A stretch of 64,000 bases of DNA from Candidatus Obscuribacteraceae bacterium (GTDB lineage: Bacteria > Cyanobacteriota > Vampirovibrionia > Obscuribacterales > Obscuribacteraceae), in contig JBGASG010000004.1 of NCBI GenBank assembly GCA_044229845.1, positions 433,827 to 497,826 of the forward strand. Direction: 5' to 3'. Positions 19,901 to 29,232 of the stretch are shown in pieces; within the stretch, counting starts at the first letter, position 1; each line of letters opens with the position of its first letter. Under the pieces are notes generated by a model. That model was given only the letters and a program-made list of their open reading frames with translations, made no database searches and was not told where the DNA came from. The position numbers and the translations under genes were made by a program.

Positions 19901-20131
19901 TCAGTGCTGACCGGCGTGACGGCTGTTGCCGTTGCCGCCGCGGTGACGCGGATCCGGCGAGAACTTGCAGTACAGCCGGCCGTTGAGGTCGCGGGTCAGC
20001 TTGTAGTGGATGCCGCAGTGGAGCGTGGCGCCGGTCGGAGCCGGTGCCGGGGCGGCGGCGGCAGTTGCGGTGCCACCGAAGAGGCAGCCGAGCGCGACAG
20101 CGGAGGCGATCAATGCATTGCGAACCTTCAT
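19901..20131 (-). CDS. Small secreted protein
   Basis: AAGGAG RBS, signal peptide MKVRNALIASAVALG..ATA, two Cys in the mature part. Confidence 0.65.
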   Translation of the reverse strand: MKVRNALIASAVALGCLFGGTATAAAAPAPAPTGATLHCGIHYKLTRDLNGRLYCKFSPDPRHRGGNGNSRHAGQH

Positions 20132-20540
20132 GAGAACTCCTTCGATCGGTTACTGACTTAGTTGGTTGGTATTCAGTTGTTGTGAATGCGCGAAGCAGTG
20201 GCAGGACTGCGCCGCTATCTTTCCCTCCAAGCCTTCTGACTCAAAGTGAGAACACACTCGCTGACGGACACCGGCACCACTATCGGTGCTTAGACAAAAC
20301 ATCTCCAACTCGCTGTGGCGAGATGAAACAGGAGAGATGTGGCGTCGCTGGCGTAGTTGTTGTTCGGTTTCAGGATTGGCATTGGTGCGGGAAAGAATGC
20401 CACGACCGTACCTTGACAGCCCGGTATTTCACAAGCCCTGGGCATCGTGACGCAACAAATTCACCTGCGCCAGCTAGCACCACATATGATGGCATAAACA
20501 GCCTGTGAACGAGGGCGAAAAATCTTGTAAAACAGCACAG

Positions 20541-21233
20541 CTAGGGTGCCGCCACTGCCGGCGGTGCCGCCAGGCGCTGGCTGGTCGGATAGTTGCGCAG
20601 TTCATCTGCCGACCACTGAATCGTGCGGCTCCAGCGTCGACCATTCCAGCGGCGACCTTCCACGCGAATGGAGTCGCCGTGCCGTAGCCGCACCAGCACA
20701 TCCGGTCCGCGCCAGGCAGAAACGTTCGATTGGACGATAATCTGATCGGGTCGTTCGGCGACGATGCGGTAGCCGGGCTTCTTGTCGCTGGCTTGAATCA
20801 ACACCAGAATGTCCTCGCTGGCAGTCAGCGATTCCGCAATGTCGACGCAACTCAAGCCCGCCGCGGTCGGCACTACTGCCACCGCAGCGCCCAAGTGGGG
20901 AGTCCCCGCCCGACTGACGAAGTGGTCCGGCACAACCACTCGCTGATCGCCGACCGCGATGTACATCACGTTCGCCGATTCCAGATCGATGTTCTTGCGC
21001 ATGAAGAGGCTGTCCGCCTCCACAACGAGCACGGTGAACACCGCGCCATCGACCTTGATCGCCGGACCACCTGGGCGGTATTTCGGCGGCGGCTTGGGAC
21101 CGCGACCCCTGAGGTCGACACCCCCACCTTGACCAACAAGTGGCTCCAGATCGATCCAGACGGGCTCAGAAGACCGCTCAGGCGGACCTTCTTCGACCGT
21201 TCCGCCTTCACCTTGACCTATGTAGTGCACCAT
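20541..21233 (-). CDS. Hypothetical protein, paralog of the 16471..17439 N-terminal domain
   Basis: YIAVGDQRVVVPD and LRHGDSIRV motifs. Confidence 0.65.
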   Translation of the reverse strand: MVHYIGQGEGGTVEEGPPERSSEPVWIDLEPLVGQGGGVDLRGRGPKPPPKYRPGGPAIKVDGAVFTVLVVEADSLFMRKNIDLESANVMYIAVGDQRVVVPDHFVSRAGTPHLGAAVAVVPTAAGLSCVDIAESLTASEDILVLIQASDKKPGYRIVAERPDQIIVQSNVSAWRGPDVLVRLRHGDSIRVEGRRWNGRRWSRTIQWSADELRNYPTSQRLAAPPAVAAP

Positions 21234-22119
21234 GCTCTTTCCTTCCTGTTCGCCGTGCCTCGGTGCGAGCCACCTCCGAGTAGTTTGCGGTGCTCGACCC
21301 GCGCAGCAGAACCGACGGAACGAACGTGCGCGAGATGCGACTGCCGAGAGCCATCGACTGGAACGCCGCACTCAAAGCCGGGCTCCAGGGCAACCGATAC
21401 ATCCGGCGCACCCGCGACGGCAGAAGTCCCAGAACCGCAAAGTTGATAGCCGGCAGTGCGGGCAACTGATACAGCGGCACCGGCACCTGAAATGCCACAT
21501 GCCGCCCCAACTCGCGCGCCTCGTCGGTGACGAAGAGTTCCGGACTGCCCAGCATCAGATGCATGTAGTGACGGAAGTCTTCGTATGTTGCCGGCATCGT
21601 ATCCGGTGCCAGCCCGAACAGCTGCCCGACCTGCCGGTATTCCTGCCAGAACTGCTGCAACTGCGGGCGAGAGAGCGTCCCGACGAAGGCTTTGTAGGTC
21701 GCCAGCGAAGAGTCAGCCAGACAGGCGAGAATCCACAGAGCCAGGTGCGCGTCGTTGGCACTGAAATGACTGCCGGCTTTGAAAGGCCCGGCGTCGCGAT
21801 CGATTGTGCCTTCTACCCTCGCATGCATACGACGCACCTTCGCAGTGACGCGATCAGCCTCGGCGCAAGTGCCGAAGTAGACCGTCTCCATGCTCTGAGC
21901 CGTGCGCGCCAGTCGGCGGAAAGGTGCGTCCAGTCCCGTTGTCGAGTCGATCAATCCGGTAAAAGCCAGCGGGTGGGTCGCCTGCATGAGCAGAGAGCGC
22001 TGACCATACAGCGCTCCCACAACCCGCTCTTCATGGACCTTACGCAAAATCGACGCGCCGACCGGGAAGTAGCCGCGGTCTGACGGACAGCGCTTGCCGC
22101 GCCGTTTTGGAGTGGACAC
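21208..22119 (-). CDS. MpaB/DUF2236 oxygenase-family protein
   Basis: YFP..SILRKVH..GQRSLLMQATHP..RLART..VRRMHARVEG. Confidence 0.85.
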   Translation of the reverse strand: MSTPKRRGKRCPSDRGYFPVGASILRKVHEERVVGALYGQRSLLMQATHPLAFTGLIDSTTGLDAPFRRLARTAQSMETVYFGTCAEADRVTAKVRRMHARVEGTIDRDAGPFKAGSHFSANDAHLALWILACLADSSLATYKAFVGTLSRPQLQQFWQEYRQVGQLFGLAPDTMPATYEDFRHYMHLMLGSPELFVTDEARELGRHVAFQVPVPLYQLPALPAINFAVLGLLPSRVRRMYRLPWSPALSAAFQSMALGSRISRTFVPSVLLRGSSTANYSEVARTEARRTGRKEHGALHRSR

Positions 22120-22144
22120 GGGTCCCTCCTTTCTGTTTCTCAAC

Positions 22145-22426
22145 TCAGAATCGAGCGATCAGTTCGCTGAAAGCGTCGTCGACGTACTGGCGCGTCAGCC
22201 GGGGCGGCGAATATCGCGTCGACTTCTTCGCGAGTCGATCCAGTTCGTCGGTCACCGCAGTCAGCTCGTTGCCCGTCGCATCGATCTGGCGACTGAGTGA
22301 TCGTGCCCGCGCAGGCTCGCAGCCCATGCGGACGGCGAACTGCTCGAACTCGAGGTCGCCGAGGCTGTCTTGCAGCTCTTGCTGTCGCGAGCGCAGCTCA
22401 GCTGCACTTATTTGTGTGTTGGACAT
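22145..22426 (-). CDS. Small coiled-coil protein
   Basis: AAGGA RBS; MSNTQISAAE. Confidence 0.6.
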   Translation of the reverse strand: MSNTQISAAELRSRQQELQDSLGDLEFEQFAVRMGCEPARARSLSRQIDATGNELTAVTDELDRLAKKSTRYSPPRLTRQYVDDAFSELIARF

Positions 22427-22463
22427 TGCCGTTTCCTTAAGTAGTCGTGCTGTAGATACTGAG

Positions 22464-22931
22464 CTAGACGCGGCGTGCCGAGCGAAGATTGCGCCACAGA
22501 TAACCACTGGCAGTGGCAAGCATGGAAGCCGGTACGAACGCGCTGACAAACGTGACGATTAGCAAAAACATGAGGTTGATTCCGCTCACCTGCAGAAGCA
22601 GTGCGGACAACAGAGCGACGCCGGTCGCGAAGGATGCGACGCCAAAGCCGACGACGCTGGACCTGAGCCCGAAGTAGCCCCGCGTGCGGGTGATGCCGAG
22701 CGCTTCCGACAGTGGGCTTTCGGGTCTGAGCAGCGCGAAGATGAGAATCGCCGCAGCGGTGGTGAGCAAGCTCGACCCAGCTATGCAAAGTCCGGTTGCC
22801 ACCGCCAACACTGCGCCATCGCCGATTGCATTTTGTGCCCAGGCGTAGAACAAGACGGTGACGGCAGCGGCGACGAGGTTACCGGCGACAATTCCGCCCA
22901 GGGCAGCCTTGCCGATGAGATTTGCGAACAT
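22464..22931 (-). CDS. Multi-pass membrane protein
   Basis: About four TM segments. Confidence 0.6.
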   Translation of the reverse strand: MFANLIGKAALGGIVAGNLVAAAVTVLFYAWAQNAIGDGAVLAVATGLCIAGSSLLTTAAAILIFALLRPESPLSEALGITRTRGYFGLRSSVVGFGVASFATGVALLSALLLQVSGINLMFLLIVTFVSAFVPASMLATASGYLWRNLRSARRV

Positions 22932-23586
22932 TGATGTGCCTTTCAGGAGTCGCAACAGTCGGATCGACTCGCCGCTGAGCGAGAAGATTCGGTTTTGATA
23001 AGCCAATGATGTTCGGCTTTAGCTGTTTCTGTTGCGGGATTTAGAAGATAACAAGGGACTTGACCTTACGCCTGCATCCCGCCAATCAGCAATGTTTCCA
23101 CAAGACTTTTTCTGCATGTCGCCGAAATCAAGCTTGCGCGCAATGCGCTAACTCGTAGTATTTATGCGGCTTTCACTGGTTTTTCACAAGCTGGAAACAA
23201 AGCGCACCATCGGCAAGCTGCATACGATTGGATGTCCGAATGTTACGCGCATAGCGTGTTGGACGCAGGCAACAAAATACGCTTCTCGTTCGCCAACGCA
23301 AACCGAGCCGGTGTTCCGAAACCCCAACCCTGAGGCTGGTTCAGCTCAGGCAGCCTCGCGAGAAGCGAGATGTAAACAGAACGGTTAACCATAACCGCAA
23401 CAAAATTTCTCTGAATAGAAGTCTCTAAAAGCCATAGGTTCAGGTCCTGCTTCTCTTGACCTATTCGACGTATCGGAATTCACCACAAACAACTGGTTCC
23501 CGTACCTAGTTTCAAAAACCAGTAGCGATGCTTCGAAGAAGTGTCTCCAGAGGCAGACCAACTTGAGCTGAAAAGGAAAAGCTTCA

Positions 23587-24063
23587 ATGACCGATACCCA
23601 AAATCTCTGCGACCGCTGGCAAGCTCTGCTCGCTCACGCGAACCGTGCCGAAGCGGTTTTGCAGCGCATCACGAATGGACTGCCGGGACAGCTTCCCTCC
23701 GACCAGACGCGCCGCGCGCGCTGCTACGTCGCCGTCGAGCTGGTCCAGTCGGCCTTCCAGTCGATGAGCACGCTGCTGCAGCTCGAATCGCCTGAGGCGA
23801 TTGCTGTCGTGCTCTCCAAAGACCCCGAGGAACGCCAGAAGGAGCTTGCGCGCAAGCTGCAGTACAACGGTTTCGTCCTGCAGTGCAAGTACGGCATGTC
23901 CGACACCGCCTGGCTTTTCGCCGCGCTCGACAAGATCGACGTCGCTCTCACCAGCGCCGAAACGTCTCTCGACCGTGCCGACAAGCTCGTCCATGAGAAC
24001 AACGCCAAGGATGGCGAGGCATCCTTCGCGACGCTCCAGTCCTTCATCAAGCTCGGCGAGTGA
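23587..24063 (+). CDS. Hypothetical helical protein
   Basis: AAGGA RBS, strong C/G third-position bias. Confidence 0.7.
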   Translation: MTDTQNLCDRWQALLAHANRAEAVLQRITNGLPGQLPSDQTRRARCYVAVELVQSAFQSMSTLLQLESPEAIAVVLSKDPEERQKELARKLQYNGFVLQCKYGMSDTAWLFAALDKIDVALTSAETSLDRADKLVHENNAKDGEASFATLQSFIKLGE

Positions 24064-24183
24064 GCTGACCGGGGGATGAAACTGCGCTAGTTTGCGCCCA
24101 AATAATCGACGCGCCGCTGCGGTGGCGCGTCACCGAAATTACACCACTGGCGATGGCAAGGGTTTTGTTTTTTTGTTTTATTT

Positions 24184-24200
24184 TACTATTCGCCTTAGTA
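24184..24200. other. ACTA-N7-TAGT family site
   Basis: TACTA TTCGCCT TAGTA, between convergent genes. Confidence 0.75.
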
Positions 24201-24319
24201 TCTTGGAGCAATAAACAAAATGAGGAAGCCTCGCGGACGCCTCTCCTTCGGTGTCCATGCACGTGGACGGACGAGCCACGCACATGGACACCGACGAATC
24301 ATAGGTCAGCGCGCCACGC

Positions 24320-24997
24320 TCAGCGCATTACCGCCACGACCTTGTACGCCAGCCCCCCACCATCAGGATGGTTGGCATAGCGCAAGTCACTCGTCACCTG
24401 AATGCCCAAGCCTTGCTTGCGCAAGTACTCGACTATCTGCTTCACCGGTCCCGAGTAGGTGACGCCGTAGTCACCATCGTCTCGGCGATAGATCCCTGAC
24501 GGCATCTGAACATGCCCCAACCGCGGGTGCTCACCATACTCGAACGCGCCGATCAAGACAGCCTGGTAGCCGTTGCTCCGCGCCTGCACCAACTCTCGTT
24601 CGATCCGCTGCACCTCGGCCGCCGCCACCGGTCCCAGACTTTTTGTCCCTTCCTGCCGGCTCAAGCGCTGCTGCAGCGTCTGCAACTCGGGGCCGATAGG
24701 AAGTTTGCCCTGCAACAGAGTCCTGGCGGACTCGACCACCTTGTCCTGAACCATGCCCTCGCCACGGGCGACGGAGAGCAGGGTGACCAGATCGTGCGGC
24801 AGTGCCTTGAGCGGTGACACCAGACCGTTGAGTCGCGCGTTCTCGCCGTTGAGTCGCGTGTTCTCGCTGGCCAGCCGTGATTTTTCCTGAGCCAGGCGAG
24901 CGTTACGCTGCGTCAACAGACTCACCGCCACGACAAGACCGATGGCGGCCGCGATCAAGAGACAGCCCCCCACTGCGACGACATACGCAAGTTCCAT
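24320..24997 (-). CDS. Membrane-anchored coiled-coil protein
   Basis: N-terminal TM, ENTRLNG/ENARLNG heptad repeat, GGGAG RBS. Confidence 0.7.
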   Translation of the reverse strand: MELAYVVAVGGCLLIAAAIGLVVAVSLLTQRNARLAQEKSRLASENTRLNGENARLNGLVSPLKALPHDLVTLLSVARGEGMVQDKVVESARTLLQGKLPIGPELQTLQQRLSRQEGTKSLGPVAAAEVQRIERELVQARSNGYQAVLIGAFEYGEHPRLGHVQMPSGIYRRDDGDYGVTYSGPVKQIVEYLRKQGLGIQVTSDLRYANHPDGGGLAYKVVAVMR

Positions 24998-25385
24998 AGC
25001 GGCTCCCTTCTGCGACGATGCACGTCGCCGGCGCGTTCCAGATCAAGACACTCCATTCACGAGTTGCAACTCGTGGCGTGGCAAATCGCAGATGCGACTG
25101 CCTGCTAAAAGTCGGGAGCAAAGCGGCGCGCGGTGCTGCTGCGGTTGTGCAAGACCTCCAGAAAAAATTTGGTGCGGGTTGGGATATGGATATGTGTGCA
25201 ACTTAAGACTTGCTGCCGGCTTACCGCAATGCAAGGCATCAGTCTTGTCACTAACTGCGCGTGGCGCACCTGACTCAGTGGACCGCGCCTTCGCACCGCA
25301 TCAGTCCGCTCCGCAAAGCGCAGCCCGTTGGCGGCAAAAGCAGAGCGGCGACGGTGCCACTCTGCTTTTGCCCCGGTTCCGCCGA

Positions 25386-26111
25386 TCAGCTGTTCAGATG
25401 ACCGGCAGCGATACGCGCCTGCAAGGCATCAAAGCGCTGCTGCGTGCGTTCGGCAATGCGAGCAAACCTCAGCTCGGTGTCCGCATTGATGCTAGCAAAC
25501 GCTACGTCGAGGCGCTCCAGCGCACGCGCTTCCACCTCGTCGCAAATCGCGTCGACCTGGCGGAACAACTCCTGCGTCGCCGGGTCCCTGTCCATCTCTT
25601 CGTCGGCCATGCGCAGCATGATCCGGCGACTGACATTTTCGGCGTTCGACTCAGCGAGGTTGAGCCGGTGCAGGCACTCGCCCAGGCTCTGCGCATCCAA
25701 TTGCAGAAGCGACAGACGGACGACCAGATCGGTGACGTCACCGGCGATTTTCTGAGCCCAGCGATATCCGAGTATCCCGGACAGCTTGCGCAAGTATTCA
25801 GGATCGCCCAGTCGGTGCCGCTCGAGCGGGATGTAGCAGCGCTGATGATCGGGTCCCACCGGCTTCAGCAACTGCCTGGCGATCTGCTGCCGGTAGCGCC
25901 GGTCGTGGTGTAACCGGTCGACATCAATCTCAGGCAGATTGCTTTTCCGTTCTACCGGAACCGCGACCGAGAGCAGCCCATGTCGGCGAATTCCCTCAGC
26001 AGTCTTCTTCCAGGTTGTGTCGTCCGCGCAGGTAGACACCAGAAGTTCCTCGAATGAAACAACCGCCCGCTCCAGAAGAGCATCATTGAAGGGGCTGATT
26101 ACTCGGGGCAT
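25386..26111 (-). CDS. Hypothetical helical protein
   Basis: AAGGAG RBS before MPRVISP. Confidence 0.65.
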   Translation of the reverse strand: MPRVISPFNDALLERAVVSFEELLVSTCADDTTWKKTAEGIRRHGLLSVAVPVERKSNLPEIDVDRLHHDRRYRQQIARQLLKPVGPDHQRCYIPLERHRLGDPEYLRKLSGILGYRWAQKIAGDVTDLVVRLSLLQLDAQSLGECLHRLNLAESNAENVSRRIMLRMADEEMDRDPATQELFRQVDAICDEVEARALERLDVAFASINADTELRFARIAERTQQRFDALQARIAAGHLNS

Positions 26112-26148
26112 TTCTTCTCCTTTTCGTAGTTTGGGGGATTGCCGCGCT

Positions 26149-26277
26149 TCAGCGGCGCTTGCGCCGATTGGCGATGGCGACAATCGGATGCGAGATTTGA
26201 TAGATGAAGTAGCCCATCACCAACGACAGTTTAATAGTGGCGAACGACACGATGGCGCCGTAAAGGAGAGCGTTCAT
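26149..26277 (-). CDS. 42-aa membrane peptide with basic tail
   Basis: AAGGA RBS; MNALLYGAIVSFATIKLSLVMGYFIYQISHPIVAIANRRKRR. Confidence 0.5.
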   Translation of the reverse strand: MNALLYGAIVSFATIKLSLVMGYFIYQISHPIVAIANRRKRR

Positions 26278-26725
26278 GAGGATCCTTTCTTAAAGTCGGG
26301 TCGCCTGATGCAACACGACTGCATGAGTTTGATGGCACTTTAAAGTTGCTGTTCAGTTATGTCGTTCCAATAACGAATGAAACTCTCCCTTCTGTCGGGG
26401 CGGCGCTTCAAGGGCAGCCGGAGCTGTCGGGAAGAAACCTTGAATTTGTGGCGCGGGAACGATTTAGTAGATTGGATGCCTGGTCGAGTTGATGCAAAAG
26501 ATGATGTCTATGATTCTCCCGCGCAGGGCAAAACACAAGCCCTGTGATGCTCCGTGACTCACTTTCGCGGTGACATGAACAGCGCACTCGACAATCATGC
26601 TCTAGTGCGCCTAGCGCGATGCCACCGCAGACGGTGCTACCACTTGACGGACCACTTCTTGTCTGACAGACAAGAAGTGACGAGCGGCGCAGATTGTGAA
26701 AAACTCGGGTATACAATTTCGAGTC

Positions 26726-26742
26726 TACTATTGCTTTTAATA
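26726..26742. other. ACTA-N7-TAGT family site (variant)
   Basis: TACTA TTGCTTT TAATA. Confidence 0.6.
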
Positions 26743-26873
26743 TTTCAAATCAAAGAAGAAACAGCAAGAACCGAGACGCCTTCAAGAAGCGGCGACACAG
26801 CCGCGGAGGAACCATAGAAATGGTTCCTCCGCCGGATGAATGGAAGCATTGCCGTCAGGCAATGCCCTTGCTG

Positions 26874-27638
26874 TCACGTTTCTTCCTGATGCCGCGACGA
26901 TTGGTTCGCCTGGCGTCCGACTTTCTTGAGTCGTTTGCTGTACGACTTCTTCGCCCAGCGCAGTTTCTTCCTGCCGACCTTGTGCAGTTTCTTCTTCGTC
27001 ACTTTGCCGTGAGACCAGGTCTGCATCAGCATCTTGCGGTAGCTGATCTTGGTGGGACGCTTCTCAGACAGAAGGCTCTCAGCCAGCTGTCCGATCACAT
27101 GCAGTGCCTTGCGGACTGCCTTGCGCTTGCTGCCCACAGGCAGGATGGTTTCGATCTCGATGTAATAGCCGGAGTACTTGCCCAGCCCGACAGCATGATC
27201 GAGGGCGATGGTCATCCCCAGCCCCTGATAGACGCCGGTGAAGTGCCGGCGAGTCTTGCTGTAGAACGGGATAGGCGCACCCAGCCTGGCGATGGCTTTC
27301 ATCATGTACCGGAGAGCGGCGGAGGGCTTGACGCATTCCTCCAGCTCTTTGCGCACGTGCTTGCCGTCCCGCCCTTTGATCGGGTGGTTCTTGAAGCAAC
27401 GAATGCAGTGCACACCTTCGTGTCCATCAGCCGACTTCTTGATGCGCTCGATGCGCATGCGACGCGTGACCTCGCCCTTCGTAGGAACGACGAAGTCGGT
27501 AATCAGAGACTTCTTCTGGAACGCAAATCCGAGCAGCGGCAAAACCAGCCTGAGCAGCTTGTACTCAGCTCTGGTCAGCCGATACCCTTTCTCCGTTTCC
27601 AGATGTGCCCCTTTGAAGCAGCATTTGGTCTTCTTCAT
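26874..27638 (-). CDS. CYTH-domain protein (CyaB/triphosphate tunnel family), very basic
   Basis: LETEKGYRL (ExExK), KTRRHF, IALDH..GLG..YIEIE. Confidence 0.75.
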   Translation of the reverse strand: MKKTKCCFKGAHLETEKGYRLTRAEYKLLRLVLPLLGFAFQKKSLITDFVVPTKGEVTRRMRIERIKKSADGHEGVHCIRCFKNHPIKGRDGKHVRKELEECVKPSAALRYMMKAIARLGAPIPFYSKTRRHFTGVYQGLGMTIALDHAVGLGKYSGYYIEIETILPVGSKRKAVRKALHVIGQLAESLLSEKRPTKISYRKMLMQTWSHGKVTKKKLHKVGRKKLRWAKKSYSKRLKKVGRQANQSSRHQEET

Positions 27639-27768
27639 CGGTGCCTCCTGTTCGGAGTTGGTGTTGAGTTAGAACACGGGCGACCTGCGCACTGCTGCCG
27701 GTGGCACAAGGGCCACGGGCACACAGCACTGCAGATCGCATCCGCAACGAGGACGGGGGCACGCAGCC

Positions 27769-29232
27769 TCAGTCCTCGATCTCGATTTTGTTGGCGGCTG
27801 CCAGTGCCGCAAACCACTCGCCGCTCGCTTTCACGAGCCGCGGCAGTTTTGGGTCATCGAAGTCCACATGTACAAGTCCGAATCGGCGGGAATATCCTTC
27901 CGCCCACTCGAAATTGTCCATGAGTGACCAGGCGAAGTAGCCGCGCACGTCAACGCCGTCCTGCATGGCCAGAGCCACTTGCTTGATATGCTCGCGAAAG
28001 TAAGCGAGCCGTTTGACGTCGTTGACGGACTTGCGGCCGGCACCAGCACCATTGGCGGTGTCGACCACAACGTCGTCGTAGGCGGCGCCGTTCTCGCTGA
28101 CGTACAGCGACGGCGCCTCCGGATACTCGCGCGAAATGCGGTTGAGCAGGCTGCGCAGCGCGCGCGGCGAGACTTCCCAACCCATAGCCGTGTAGTCCAC
28201 ACCCGGTATCGGATGTATCGGAGCCTCCTGCGCGGAGACCACGTTGCGCGAGTAATAGTTGATGCCCAGGAAATCCATCGGCTGAGAGATCAGCTTCAGG
28301 TCACCGGGGCGCAGATCGGCGATGCGATCCGCCACTTCTTGCGAGTAGTGCCCGCGAAACAGCGGGTCCAGATACGAGCCGCAATCCCAGCGCCAGGCTT
28401 TGCGAGCCAGTTCCACGTCTTCCTTGACGTCGGGGCGCAGAGGCTCCGTGATCGTCAGGTTGAGCACGATACCGGCTTCGATGTCGGCGCGAGCGGCAGC
28501 CCGCAAGGCTTGCATGCCCATACCGTGACTGACAAGCAGATGGTGCGCAACCTGCGCAGCCGTCCGCTCATCCTTCACACCGGGAGCATGGTAGCCAATC
28601 TGATAACCAAGAAACGACGTGCACCACGGTTCGTTGAACGTGGTCCACGACCTGACTCGGTCGCTGTACCGCTGCGCGCAGCGAGCGGCGTAGTCGGCGA
28701 AGTAGCGGCAGACATCGCGATGCGCCCAGCCACCCAGTTCCTGCTGCAAGGCTTGCGGCAGGTCCCAGTGGTAGAGCGTCACGAAGGGCTCGATACCGGC
28801 TTGCAGCAGGTTATCGATCAACCGATCGTAGTAGTCCAGTCCAGCGCTGTTGAAGGCGCCGCGTCCACGTGGTTGGACGCGCGGCCAGGCAATTGAAAAA
28901 CGGTAGCTGTTCAGGTTCAGCCGCCGCGCCAGCTCCACGTCTTGAGCAAGACGATGGTAGTGGTCGCAGGCAACATCGCCGGTGTCACCATTTTTGATCA
29001 TGCCTGGGGTGTGACTGAATCTGTCCCAGATCGATTCGCCCTTGCCGTCTAGGTTCCAGGCGCCTTCCACCTGATAGGCGGAGGTGCCGGTGCCCCAGAC
29101 GAAGTCGGCCGGGAAGGCAAACTTGCGCATGTCCGCGATGCACTGGCGATCGCCAAGGCACCACAGCCATCGCCAGATGTCTTTCCAGCTCATCTTCTCA
29201 GTAGGTTTCTTCTCTTGGTCTGCAGCCGTCAT
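27769..29232 (-). CDS. GH1 beta-glucosidase
   Basis: FVWGTGTSAYQVEG, TFNEP, YVSENG, WSLMDNFEW; ATGA overlap with the ABC gene. Confidence 0.95.
   Translation of the reverse strand: MTAADQEKKPTEKMSWKDIWRWLWCLGDRQCIADMRKFAFPADFVWGTGTSAYQVEGAWNLDGKGESIWDRFSHTPGMIKNGDTGDVACDHYHRLAQDVELARRLNLNSYRFSIAWPRVQPRGRGAFNSAGLDYYDRLIDNLLQAGIEPFVTLYHWDLPQALQQELGGWAHRDVCRYFADYAARCAQRYSDRVRSWTTFNEPWCTSFLGYQIGYHAPGVKDERTAAQVAHHLLVSHGMGMQALRAAARADIEAGIVLNLTITEPLRPDVKEDVELARKAWRWDCGSYLDPLFRGHYSQEVADRIADLRPGDLKLISQPMDFLGINYYSRNVVSAQEAPIHPIPGVDYTAMGWEVSPRALRSLLNRISREYPEAPSLYVSENGAAYDDVVVDTANGAGAGRKSVNDVKRLAYFREHIKQVALAMQDGVDVRGYFAWSLMDNFEWAEGYSRRFGLVHVDFDDPKLPRLVKASGEWFAALAAANKIEIED

Noticed and set aside
24825..24866. 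21-bp tandem duplication
   Set aside because: An in-frame coiled-coil heptad repeat within a CDS; unremarkable
26520..26650. c-di-GMP-I riboswitch (CAGGGCAAA start)
   Set aside because: It lacks the GNRA loop/receptor and the conserved second stem; only a simple CAGGGC/GCCCTG hairpin
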